From Haliotis rufescens (lineage: Eukaryota), in assembly GCF_023055435.1 (NCBI RefSeq), contig NW_025964112.1, positions 23,498,001-23,562,000 on the forward strand: a stretch of 64,000 bases of DNA. Direction: 5' to 3'. Both the position numbers and the translations under genes were made by a program. Numbering within the stretch: position 1 is the first letter of the stretch; each line of letters opens with the position of its first letter. The notes beneath the pieces were generated by a model that made no database searches, was not told where the DNA came from, and was given only the letters and a program-made list of their open reading frames with translations. Shown piece after piece: positions 25,303 through 37,812 of this stretch.

Positions 25303-27665
25303 ATGTGTGTTGTGGTGAGAGCTAGATATGTGCCAACATGTGTTGGGGTGAGATCTAGATATGTGCCAACATGTGTTGTGGTGAGAGCTGTATGTGTGGC
25401 AACATGTGTTGTGGCGGGAGCTATATATGTGACAACATGTGTTGTGGGGAGAGCTGTAACTATGTGCCAACATGTGTTGTGGTGAGAGCTAGATATTTGC
25501 CAACATGTGTTGTGGTGAGAGCTATATACGTGCCAAAATGTGTTGTGGTGAGAGCTAGATATGTGACAACATGTGTTGTGGTGAGAGCTAGATATGTGAC
25601 AACATGTGTTGTGGTGAGAGCTAGATATGTGACAACATGTGTTGTGGTGAGAGCTAGATATGTGACAACATGTGTTGTGGTGAGAGCTAGATATGTACCA
25701 ACATGTGTTGTGGTGAGAGTTATATACGTGCCAAAATGTGTTGTCATGAGAGCTATATATATGACAACATGTGTAGTGGTGAGAGCTATATATATGACAA
25801 CATGTGTTGTGGTGAGAGCTATATATGTGACAACATGTGTTGTGGGAAGAGCTATATGTATGGCAACATGTGTTGTGGGAAGAGCTATATATGTGCCAAC
25901 ATGTGTTGTGGGAAGAGCTATATATGTGCCAACATGTGTTGTGGCGAGAGTTATCTATGTGCCAACATGTGTTGTAGGGGGAGCTATATATGTGGCAACA
26001 TGTGTTGTGGTAAGAGCTTTATACGTACGAACATGTGTTGTGATGAGAGCTAGATATGTGGCAACATGTGTTGTGATGAGAGCTGGATATGTGCCAACAT
26101 ATGTTGTGGTGAGAGCTAGATATGTGACAACATGTGTTGTGATGAGAGCTAGATATGTGTGGCAACATGTGTTGTGGTGAGAGCTGTATGTGTGGCAACA
26201 TGTGTTTAGGCGGGAGCTATATATGTGACATCATGTGATGTGGTGAGAGCTATACATGTGCCAACATGTATTGTGGCGGGAGCTATATATGTGAAATCAT
26301 GTGTTGTGGTGAGATATATGTATGTGACAATATGTTTTGTGTTGAGAGCTATATACGTGCCAACATGTGTTATGCTGAGAGTTGTAACTATGTGGGGATA
26401 TGTGTTGTGGGGAGAGCCATATATGTGACAACATGTGTTGTGGGGAGAGCTGTAACTATGTGCCAAAATGAGTTGTGGTGAGAGTTAGATGTGTGCCAAC
26501 ATGTGTTGTGGTGAGAGCTAGATATGTGCCAACATGTGTTGTGGTAAGAACTGTATGTGTGGCAACATGTGTTGTGAGCTATATATGTGACAATATGTGT
26601 TGTGGTGAGAGGTATATACGTGCCAACATGTGTTATGCTGAGAGTTGTAACTATGTGGGGATATGTGTTGTGGGGAGAGCCATATATGTGACAACATGTG
26701 TTATGGGGAGAGCTGTAACTATGTGCCAAAATGAGTTGTGGTGAGAGTTAGATGTGTGCCAACATGTGTTGTGGTGAGAGCTAGATATGTGCCAACATGT
26801 GTTGTGGTAAGAGCTAGATATGTGCCAACATGTGTTGTGGTGAGAGCTAGATATGTGACAACATGTGTTGTGATGAGAGCTAGATATGTGCCAACATGTG
26901 TTGTGGTGAGAGCTAGATATGTGACAACATGTGTTGTGATGAGAGCTAGATATGTGCCAACATGTGTTGTGGTGAGAGCTATATATGTTCCAACGTGTGT
27001 TTTGGTGAGAGCTATATATGTGCCAACACGTGTTGTGGTGAGAGTTATCTATGTGATATGTGTTGTGGTGAGAGCTATATATGTGCCAACACGTGTTCTG
27101 GGGAGAGCTATATTTGTGCCAAAATATGTTGTGGTGAGAGCTATATATGTGCAAACGTGTCTTGTAGTGAGAGCTATATATGTGCCAACATGTGTTGTGG
27201 CGAGAGTTATCTATTTGCCAACATGTATTGTGGTGAGAGATATCTATGTGCCAACATGTGTTGTGGTGAGAGCTAGATATGTGCCAACATGTGTTGTGGT
27301 GAGAGCTTTATACGTACCAACATGTGTTGTGATGAGAGCTGTACGTTTGGCAACGTGTTTTGGTGAGAGCTATATATGTGACAACATGTGTTGTGGTGAG
27401 AACTGTATGTGTGGCAACATGTGTTGTGAGCTATATATATATATGACAATATGTGTTGTGGTGAGAGCTATATACGTGCCAACATGTGTTATTGTGATAG
27501 TTGTAACTATGTGGCGATATGTGTTGTGGGGAGAGCCATATATGTGACAACATGTGTTGTGGGGAGAGCTGTAACTATGTGGCGACATGTGTTGTGATGA
27601 GAGCTGTATCTATGTGGCAACGTGTTGTGGTGAGAGCGGTATCTATGTGGCAACATGTGTTGTAC
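25303..27665. repeat. 33-bp minisatellite, diverged, with a roughly 263-bp higher-order duplication
   Basis: Unit catgtgttgtggtgagagctagatatgtgacaa. Confidence 0.95.
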
Positions 27666-29117
27666 ATATTTGTGGTCTTTATTGATTATTCGTGGGTCGG
27701 TAATACATTTGAAACTGACCGCGTTAGCCGGAGGTTTCAGACTGTCGACTTTCCTCGCTCTCTCTCTTATCCTGTCATGGCTCACTGAATTACGGCATGC
27801 CCTTCCATGGAAACTGAAGCCGTTGCCTGGCAGAATTCAGAGAAAAACAAAAAAGTACATGATAGTTATAAAGGAAGGAAAACTCTAGGCAATGAGGAAT
27901 CAGACGCACTCACTTTCGGTTTCTAATACAACGTAAAGTTTGATGGCCTTAACACGCTTCCTTGGATTTTACGCTTAAACGCAACATCTGCCTAATGCTG
28001 TCGCTGTGGGCACTGACCTAGATTGGCAAAGAATATAGACATACAGTAACATTTTTCTGCACGATTATCTGCATTGTTTTTACAACAATGTGATCATCAA
28101 GTCTTATGCTATTTCCTGTGACATGTGTCAGTAGCCATGACGTCAACCTTTGAACTAATAATCACCCGAAACCATGAAGGGTAACATCAGCACTGTTTTC
28201 CTCTGGGTCATTGTAAGAATTCATAAAGAAATAATATCACTTGACACACACGAAGTATTGATGCTGGTGGTGGAGGAATGATCCCTGTCGCATCCCTCTT
28301 ATCACCCACCTTTTCCGATAGTTTCCTTCCTGTGTTTTATTGACGTTCTAAAACCCTCAGATAGGAGGGGTGGTTAATTTGAGTTGAAATAAAAATGTCT
28401 GACTTTTTAAATTTACCATCCTTTTTAATATAACATTGATCTGAATTGATAAAAACAACCACTTGAATTTAGAAAAGATTGGCTTACATTGACAGGGCGC
28501 AATGGCATAATGTGGGCATATAATCGAAGTCATAGTCTGTATTTTTCATAAATATAGACATAAAACTAGCCATCCCATGCCTCACCCCGCATGTTTCTTC
28601 ATACTTGAGCCTCCTGCACAGAGATTACATGTGCTATCTGTGACACTGCATATTGCGAGTGATTTCCTATGTGATACGAGATTCCATGACATGTCTTGTT
28701 TTAGAACTGCACAGTCAGACTTACACTAGAGAAGCATGTTTTCCATGCCTTACCTTTTCTGATGAAGAACATTTTGGCCACACACACTTTATATATATCA
28801 TACGACTGTATTGACTCGAATCCAAATGTTAGCTGTGCTATTTGCGTGTGCTCATATGATCAATGGAATACATGTCTCACAACATTTCATCTGTTGTCTA
28901 GAGCTCTGGATTCTAATGCGTTGCAGCAGCTTTGTGATTGATTAGGATATATTTTCTTCGCGATCTATATGATACATCTATCTTAATCAATGTCCACGCT
29001 GGCGTGTTTTTCGTAGTTAATTCTATTTATCTTGCACAGTAAAGGGAGATAAGTAGATGAAATCTGTCAAAAAAATTGGCCTGGCAATGGAACTTAGAAT
29101 CTACTGGCTTAGTAAGA

Positions 29118-30013
29118 ATTTTGTTGTTTGTGTTCAAGTGTGTGATAAACAATCATTGAGACACATTGTCACGTGCCATGGTCACATTCATAAATTTGGT
29201 GGCATAGCTCAGGTTGTCTCTGTCATAAATCATGAATACTCTGCACCCTCTCCATGCAAGTCAGATAGAGGTATGATAAATCGTTACGATCTCGTCTGTA
29301 TCCCTCCACCCTGTGGCAATCCATGGACGTCAACGCTCATTCTTCACGTTGTGGCTATATTACCAACATGTCGGAAATACAGGTATATACGTATCACTTG
29401 TCATGCAGACAAAGCTATTATTGAGGTGTTTATTGCTTTCTGTGTTACACCAAGTCAACGGGGATAATTCTTCTTTATTCCAAAGTAAGCGTTGGGTATT
29501 ATTTGCTGGAAGCTATGACTTTACAGGTGGTGTGTCCTTAGTCAGAATGTCTGCTCAGATTGGCAAAATCAAAACAAAGGGTATTTGGCTAGGTATATCG
29601 ATTATCTGATATAGTTCGATGATGGTCAAATAGCAAATCCCCGTCCACTGATTTACCCACCTGAATTAGAAATAAAGGAGACCCGTGAAACCGCCTAAAC
29701 TGTTTCATATTTAGTTCTATGCATATATATTCAGAGTGACAAAACACTATTCACAAGACAAGCGGGATGACTTTAACTTTCCAACATGTCCAGCAATATT
29801 CCATCAGTTCCAACTTTTGGTGTCTGCACTTCACAACTTTTGAGTGAGTGAGTGAGTGAGTATTGTTTTACGCCGCTTTTAGCAATATTCCAGCAATATC
29901 ACGGCGGGGGACACCAGAAATGGGCTTCACACATTGTACCCATGTCGGGAATCGAACCCGGGTCTTCGGCGTGACGAGCGAACGCTTTAACCACTAGGCT
30001 ACCCAACCGCCCC
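29118..30013 (-). repeat. Donor copy of the 896-bp inverted duplication (SINE A + 3' flank)
   Basis: Reverse complement of 32962-33857 with about 3 differences seen. Confidence 0.93.
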
Positions 30014-30130
30014 CACAACTTTTGAAGACGAGCATGCTCCATATAGATTTCAAAGAGCGCCATACTAATATTTCTCAAAAGGCATTTGATCAAAGCTACA
30101 GCGTTCAAGGCATTAATGAAGCTTTCAAAT
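29590..30130 (+). pseudogene. Penelope-like element RT relic, interrupted by SINE A
   Basis: RYID(Y)L..IYPPELEIKET..VSYL..DKRDDFNFP..MSSNIPS.P.FGV..SQL..RACS..DF..R. Confidence 0.75.
29844..30013 (-). mobile_element. tRNA-derived SINE family A, (ACTC)n tail
   Basis: Head GGTAGCCTAGTGGTTAAAGCG..GGTTCGATTCCC. 12-bp TSD cacaacttttga at 29832-29843 and 30014-30025. Confidence 0.92.
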
Positions 30131-31216
30131 GGTTTAGGGTAGACACATGGAGGATATTTCCAAATTGTGGCGCCTCAGTAACAAAATAATGTCAGATGCA
30201 AATACTTTATTTTGATTTGTATCATAAGCCCCCGTGGTTTTTTTCAGGTGAACAACTGACTTTGCACGTGTTTGTGACGGGTGCCACCGGTGGGGCAGGA
30301 TATGCCCACCTTTTCGCGAATACCTTGTATCATCACTTTTTGATATTGATTCATGAAATCGGACTCCAATCAGAGATTTCTTATGATTATGGAAAGGGTT
30401 TGATTCATACCACTTCATCTGCATAGCAAACATGTTATCTATTAATACATATTTAGACCACTTATAATATCACACCATGGATTCAAGTTCATGTCCACTT
30501 CATATCATACTGAGCACACGGGTGATAATAATGCATACTTAAAATGCAAACTGTCCTTGTAAAATAGAAAGACCGCTTGTTGAGATGCAGTATTTTTATA
30601 TACGCTACGTATCATATATACGCCATGTATCATTTATACGCAATGTATCATATATACGCTATGTATCATATATACGGAATATATTATATATATGACATGT
30701 ATCATATATACGGAATGTATCATCTATACGCTATTAGGGATGGGGGTATCTAAGGCGATGCAGCTCGGATGTGTCCCAGAAACGTTTGATCGTGGGTTCG
30801 AATCCCAGATTTGTCTCAACAGTTACTGTAAGTCTGTCAGTTCCATACCGCTGCTCGTGGATTTCACGAAACTGATAAACGTCTAAGTCTAGTCTGTCTA
30901 CCAGACCCTGAGAATAAATTAAACTCAACTCAAGTCTAGAATGATTTGGCAAGTCTAGATGGCCTCAACTCTAGGAATTAAGGCTTGTTCTGGCGTCCAT
31001 TTGGATTTGATTTTATATTTAGTAAATATAGATTTTTAAACAAGAAAACTTTATTTCTCGGACTAAAAATTAGCCTCGTCGAAGACCTGCATGCCTTGGG
31101 TCTTTCAACCTTGGTTTTAGAATTACACTCTTGCTGTATCCATTGACATTATGTTCATGTAAACATTTCGGTGGCTTGTCTCAACTGTGGAAAGAATGCT
31201 GATCGATCATAATATT

Positions 31217-31600
31217 CAAAAATGGTGATACCATGTCAAGTTCTAAAGGCACATATCAGCAATATCTAAAACAACTACGTTCTTTTAGCAGCTACTTCTT
31301 TTGGCCCGAACCTATAGCTTATCCTTTTCTTCAATATATTACAACGAAACATAAGCTCCCAGTTGAGATAGGTCGATGGACTGGCATTGCCAGAGAAAAC
31401 TGTTTCATTACATTTTCAGCTGTGAAGCATGTCATTATTATACATAATTGTATATACCACAAACATATTTAAAATTTCCAAACATGTTTACATTTAAACG
31501 CCTTTTTTGTACTTTCAATCTTAAATAATTAAACTGTTTGTCAAAATTTATAAGCAAGATATTGCAAACTCACAAATTATGTTTGCTATTCTTATGTCAT
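31217..31600 (+). mobile_element. Degenerate 3' fragment of a non-LTR retrotransposon
   Basis: HKLPVEIGRWTGIAREN resembles the C-terminal domain of CR1/L2-type ORF2. Confidence 0.55.
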
Positions 31601-32642
31601 GTAAATAAATAATAATGTCCGTTTTTGTTATTTGCTTTAATACATAATAATGTTATTGAGAAATATAACTACTAAGTACGTAAATGTCAGAAAGAGGACG
31701 ACTAGCATAGACAGCTTCTGTCTTCACAGCTGGACTGTCACTCCGTCTTTGATCTTGTGTCGGGTACACCGACAGTCGCACGAACAAAGTTCTGACGACC
31801 GATCATAACAGGCTCATTTCACGATAACCTACTATTTGGGGCGAGTATATACATGTGTATAAATGGCATGTGGTATTTATCCCTATCACTCAAACAAACT
31901 CTGTAGTGGGTAGCAATATGTCTTAACATACTAGTAAATCAGTTTACCTATTATAATATTAAATGGCGTCCTCGAATCTCGGCCTTGGGTCATTGGGTAA
32001 GCAGGGTAGGCAGCGGGCTTTATTTGCGTGCTCTACCCGTCTCTCCACCCCCTGGGGCATGATGCCAGGAAGCGGCACCCCGCAGCGGGAGACACGAACA
32101 CACTGACGCCATCCATTCTACTGCTGCGTCATTCCCGTGTTATTGTGCGTTGTAAGATTGTTATCTAGTAACCATGTTTATGTTTTTCCACGGTTGATTG
32201 CTATACTCGGTCACAACAGGGTGTGACGTATCAGTTTACCTCATGTTCACCTATCTAGGTATCACCCATCACGTGTCCACCCTTACACCAGACTCACATC
32301 GATGCCCACTGTACTTGATGAGCTGACGCCGGGTGTCTGCCATGCACGAACACCCTGTCCTATACACATCCAGTTGCTGTTAGGACTTCCGCATGTACCC
32401 AGCCTGGTGTGTTTATACATGGGCCAAATGTGCAATGTACCTTCTACCATCTACGCACTGCCCTCCCAGCTAGATCAACCATTCAACACTACCTGATCAA
32501 CACCAGTTCACTCAACCCAGTATTCAATATCAATCTTAATCCTCTCAACGTACTCAATTATTATATTTAGCAGACAACCAGATTAACCCACGCGAGGCCT
32601 CATCTCACATTGTCTATAGTGTCATTTGTATCTCGCATATCT

Positions 32643-32878
32643 CGTTGTTTAACGCCGCACTCAACAATATTCCAGCTATATGACGGCGGTCTGTAAATAA
32701 TCGAGTCAGGACCAGACAATCCAGTGATTGATATCATGACCATCGACCCACGCAATTGGGATCGATGACATGTTTCAACCAAGTCAGCGAGCCTGACCAC
32801 CCGATCCCGTTAGTCGCCTTTTACGACAAGCATAGTCGCCTTTTACAGCAAACATGGGTTGCTGAAGACCTATTCTAA
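32643..32878 (-). mobile_element. SINE-like family C copy
   Basis: Reverse complement of the 8889 and 35231 copies. Confidence 0.85.
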
Positions 32879-32880
32879 CA

Positions 32881-34283
32881 CGTACATGTCATCGTATCCT
32901 CAGTGCGTACATGTCATCGTATCCTTAGTGCGTACATGTCATCGTATCCTTAGTGCGTACAGGGGCGGTCGGGTAGCCTAGTGGTTAAAGCGTTCGCTCG
33001 TCACGCCGAAGACCCGGGTTCGATTCCCGACATGGGTACAATGTGTGAAGCCCATTTCTGGTGTCCCCCGCCGTGATATTGCTGGAATATTGCTAAAAGC
33101 GGCGTAAAACAATACTCACTCACTCACTCACTCAAAAGTTGTGAAGTGCAGACACCAAAAGTTGGAACTGATGGAATATTGCTGGACATGTTGGAAAGTT
33201 AAAGTCATCCCGCTTGTCTTGTGAATAGTGTTTTGTCACTCTGAATATATATGCATAGAACTAAATATGAAACAGTTTAGGCGGTTTCACGGGTCTCCTT
33301 TATTTCTAATTCAGGTGGGTAAATCAGTGGACGGGGATTTGCTATTTGACCATCATCGAACTATATCAGATAATCGATATACCAAGCCAAATACCCTTTG
33401 TTTTGATTTTGCCAATCTGAGCAGACATTCTGACTAAGGACACACCACCTGTAAAGTCATAGCTTCCAGCAAATAATACCCAACGCTTACTTTGGAATAA
33501 AGAAGAATTGTCCCCGTTGACTTGGTGTAACACAGAAAGCAATAAACACCTCAATAATAGCTTTGTCTGCATGACAAGTGATACGTATATACCTGTATTT
33601 CCGACATGTTGGTAATATAGCCACAACGTGAAGAATGAGCGTTGACGTCCATGGATTGCCACAGGGTGGAGGGATACAGACGAGATCGTAACGATTTATC
33701 ATACCTCTATCTGACTTGCATGGAGAGGGTGCAGAGTATTCATGATTTATGACAGAGACAACCTGAGCTATGCCACCAAATTTATGAATGTGACCATGGC
33801 ACGTGACAATGTGTCTCAATGATTGTTTATCACACACTTGAACACAAACAACAAAATGGAAAAAGCGGCGTAAAACAATACTCACTCACTCACTTAGTGC
33901 GTACATGTCATCGTATCCTTAGTGCGTACAAGTCATCGTATCCTTAGTGCGTACATGTCATCGTATCCTTAGTGCGTACATGTCATCGTATCCTTAGTGC
34001 GTACAAGTCATCGTATCCTTAGTGCGTACATGTCATCGTATCCTCAGTGCGTACATGTCATCGTATCCTCAGTGCGTACTAGTCATCGTATCCTTAGTGC
34101 GTACATGTCATCGTATCCTTAGTGCGTACATGTCATCGTATCCTCAGTGCGTACATGTCATCGTATCCTTAGTGCGTACATGTCATCGTATCCTTAGTGC
34201 GTACATGTCATCGTATCCTTAGTGCGTACATGTCATCGTATCCTTAGTGCGTACAAGTCATCGTATCCTTAGTGCGTACATGT
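32881..34283. repeat. 25-bp minisatellite split by the insertion at 32962-33893
   Basis: Unit gtacatgtcatcgtatccttagtgc; about 3 copies left of the insertion and about 15 right. Continues into a family C 3' half (34283-34395). Confidence 0.92.
32962..33893 (+). mobile_element. SINE A copy carrying about 720 bp of transduced flank plus a second SINE tail
   Basis: Starts at the SINE 5' end. Matches 29118-30013 inverted, then aaaagcggcgtaaaacaatactcactcactcac. Flanked by ttagtgcgtaca on both sides. Confidence 0.85.
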
Positions 34284-35230
34284 CGATGCACATGATGTCA
34301 ATTACTGGATTTTCTGGTACAGACTCGATTATTTACAGACAGCCGTCATACAGCTGGATTATTGCCGAGTATACGGCGTTAAACAACAAACAAACTTAAG
34401 TGGTTAAGAGTTCTTGACCTGTATCACTGGGGGCTTTCCTCTCACACCAAGCTGACACGCCGTGGTGACACTGAAATGATGTTCAAACCGGCGTTAAACC
34501 AAACTCACTCACTCATTATATAATAACGCGTGACTCATGTTTATTCCTTCATATCATTACTTCAAACAAATGCTTGGGTTTATTGCAATGCTATCTGCAG
34601 CAGTAACAACTCTGTCTATACAAAATTGATACAGACCTGAAAGGTGACTGATATTTGACATATTTGCTGACGCTAAGCATACCATTATCTCCCTCATTCC
34701 ATGTCGGTAGTCTTATTATTGTCAAGTTAACACGTATTTCTACTCAAACATCTACTACTATTTATTTAGCGTAATGTCGATAACGATTGTATCACAAGGA
34801 TCCATTTTTTCCTCACAATTCATACATAATTAGATTTCACTGCTGAGTTTATACAAAACAGTATAAAACCTGATACAATAGAAGGCTCATCAATTGTATT
34901 ACAATTATTTAGGTATTTTATTTTCGTGTAGAAATATATACACTTGAGCCTGTGAGACGCTTGCTAAGCAAGGTGAAAGAGCTTTATCTTACCTCTGGCT
35001 CAGAATGATGAGATCTGATTGGTTCACGTGATCTTGATAAACTACTACGTATCCCGCCAAGGAGGGGACAAAATTCCGAGTGGAAGAATACATCCCTTAT
35101 ACCCTGCCACAAGCCAAAAGCTGAAATTTTACAAGTCAATGCGTTTTTGGTAAACCTGTCCTACATATTATGAAATTACAATGTCTAGGATGCGCTGCAA
35201 CAAGGTACAATATCATTGTTTTCATGAGAG

Positions 35231-35482
35231 CCGTGAATATCCGGGGTAGAATAGGTCTTCAGCAACCCATGCTTGCTGTTACAGGCGACTATGTTTGTCG
35301 TAAGAGGTGACTAACGGGATTGGGTGGTCAGACTTAGTTGATGCATGTCATCGATCCCAATTGCGTGGATGATGATGCTCCTGATGTCAATCACTGGATT
35401 GTCTGGACCAGACTCGATTTTTTACAGACCGCCGTCATACAGCTTGAATATTGCTGAGTGCGGCGTCAAACAACAAACAAAC
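35231..35482 (+). mobile_element. SINE-like family C copy
   Basis: Homology to the other copies; (AAAC)n tail. Confidence 0.85.
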
Positions 35483-36106
35483 ATTGTATACATGATGTAT
35501 TAATGGTCAGGTTGTTACATATGCAAGTACACTGTCTGTCTGTCTGTTGTTTCTATGCGAGTGACTGCAGAAAATGTATGGCGAGTCTGTCTATACAGCA
35601 ATGTTCGAGTTTATCATGTGATGTAAATGAATGTCTTTTTATGATTTTTTTTCATTTTGGAGTATACAAACAATAAGTTCACAGAATATAGTTCACATGT
35701 AATCTTAAATACATCCAAGTTTCAAAGTATATCTATAGATGATAACCAAAAAAACACTATTATGTATTATATAAATGAATGTCTTATTTATGCTTCATGG
35801 TATGATTATTACAAAACAATTCTGATTCAACAAAACAAATAGTTCCGATAACTATCATAATAGTAATTTATAGGCCGGCTTGCACCATTTCGCTGTAACG
35901 ATGAAGTTGCCTCCCTTGATCAAATCGATAACATAAAGCAGGCCATCACAACTTCCACCTTTCAGTCATCTACTGGACCAGCATTTCTGAACCCGCGAGT
36001 CCCCTACTTTCATGTTGATATAACCTCATAATGTTCATTGCAACACTACATACCTCTTAGTTTCGCCACAAGCACATATACCTGCTGTTTTATCGTCATT
36101 ACCTTG

Positions 36107-36237
36107 ATGGAAGCTCGAAAACCATCGTCACCAGACACTGACCTCAATCGAGTGTCACCTGTTAATATATGTACAGCCATGTGCGACTCAAATCGCGGCA
36201 TCGGACTCGGCGAGGGATTTCCATGGCCCAGTTTGAA
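36107..36237 (+). CDS. DHFR: Dihydrofolate reductase-like, exon 1 of 6
   Basis: VNICTAMCDSNRGIGLGEGFPWPSLK (GIG..G.PW motif); donor AA|gtaagt, phase 2. The start codon is inferred. Confidence 0.85.
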
Positions 36238-36494
36238 GTAAGTACTGCTATGTGGTATGGCGTATACTGCTTGTTGTGTGACAGGGCAGAGCCACAAGCC
36301 CATCGTGCCTCCATCAAGTCACCAGTGCCCAGCACGGCGCAATAAAGGAAGCCTAGTTTGTAGTATACCGACTTTAACTGTAAATGAACAAAGACCACTT
36401 ATTATTATTATGTCTCGTGTTTACATAAGCTTGATTAATTATACCCACCCCCCCCCCCCCCACCCCCCCCCCCCCCCCCCCCCACCCCCACCCC

Positions 36495-36543
<49 letters not shown>

Positions 36544-36964
36544 CATTTATATTAGAGAGTTATTTTACGATACTTCAGACAGTTTTTAATATCTTGTTAC
36601 GAATTCGTAAAACACCTCGTAACATTTCCGTTGAACAAAGCGATCTGGGAGCTGAGGTGATCTAACTCCCACACCTCAACATAGACTGACGTCCGTCGTA
36701 CTGTCATGAGATCGTTTTTGTGACTTAAACCGCAGAACGTTTTGCATGGATTGCACGTGCAGCACACAATCCTGTGCATTAAGCGTCAGCGCTAAATTAT
36801 CGCACTAATAATCCACGTGATTAAATGACGACCTCTCATTGGCCGGAAGCCTTTCTTACTTAACATTTCACCTGGACTCTAATATTTCGCGTTTTCTACA
36901 TTTAATTGTCTTTTCGCGGTCATATAACTTCACGAAAGACTAGGTGAACCAAGCTTCCATTGGG

Positions 36965-37812
36965 TATGGTATGACACTTTATTACGATGCGATGTCACTA
37001 CAGTACGATGTGATGACATTTTATTACGATACGATGTCACTACAGTACGGTGTGATGACACTTTATTACGATACGATTGCACTACAGTACGATGTGATGA
37101 CACTTTATTACGATACGATGTCACTACAGTACGATGTGATGACACTTTATTACGATACGATGTCACTACAGTACGGTGTGATGACACTTTATTACGATAA
37201 CGATGTCACTACAGTACGATGTGATGACACTTTATTACGATACGATGTCACTACAGTACGATGTCATGACACTTTATTACGATACGATGTCACTACAGTA
37301 CGGTGTGATGACACTTTATTACGATAACGATGTCACTACAGTACGATGTCACTACAGTACGATGGGAGGACACTTTTTTACGATACGATGGCACTACAGT
37401 ACGATGTCATGACACTTTTTAGGATGCGATGTCACTACAGAAGGATGTCATGACACTTTACTACGATGCGATGGCACTACAGTACGATGTGATGACACTT
37501 TATTACGATACGATTGCACTACAGTACGATGTGATGACACTTTATTACGATACGATGTCACTACAGTACGATGTCATGACACTTTATTTCGATACGATGT
37601 CACTACAGTACGGTGTGATGACACTTTATTACGATAACGATGTCACTACAGTACGATGTCACTACAGTACGATGGGAGGACACTTTTTTACGATACGATG
37701 GCACTACAGTACGATGTCATGACACTTTTTAGGATGCGATGTCACTACAGAAGGATGTCATGACACTTTACTACGATGCGATGGCACTACAGAACGATGT
37801 CATGACACTTTA
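36965..37812. repeat. 42-bp minisatellite in DHFR intron 1, with a 310-bp higher-order duplication
   Basis: Unit gatgtcactacagtacgatgtgatgacactttattacgatac. Confidence 0.95.

Noticed and set aside
25195-27788. Cys-rich, metallothionein- or mucin-like ORFs
   Set aside because: Products of the 33-bp minisatellite read in multiple frames on both strands.
29057-29609. Duplicated 136/98-aa ORFs (also 33366-33885) as a gene pair
   Set aside because: Their identity comes from the recent inverted duplication; the adjoining sequence is a decayed Penelope-like element.
32962-33040. tRNA gene
   Set aside because: The tRNA-like head continues into a SINE body and (ACTC)n tail and is multicopy. The same holds for the family B heads.
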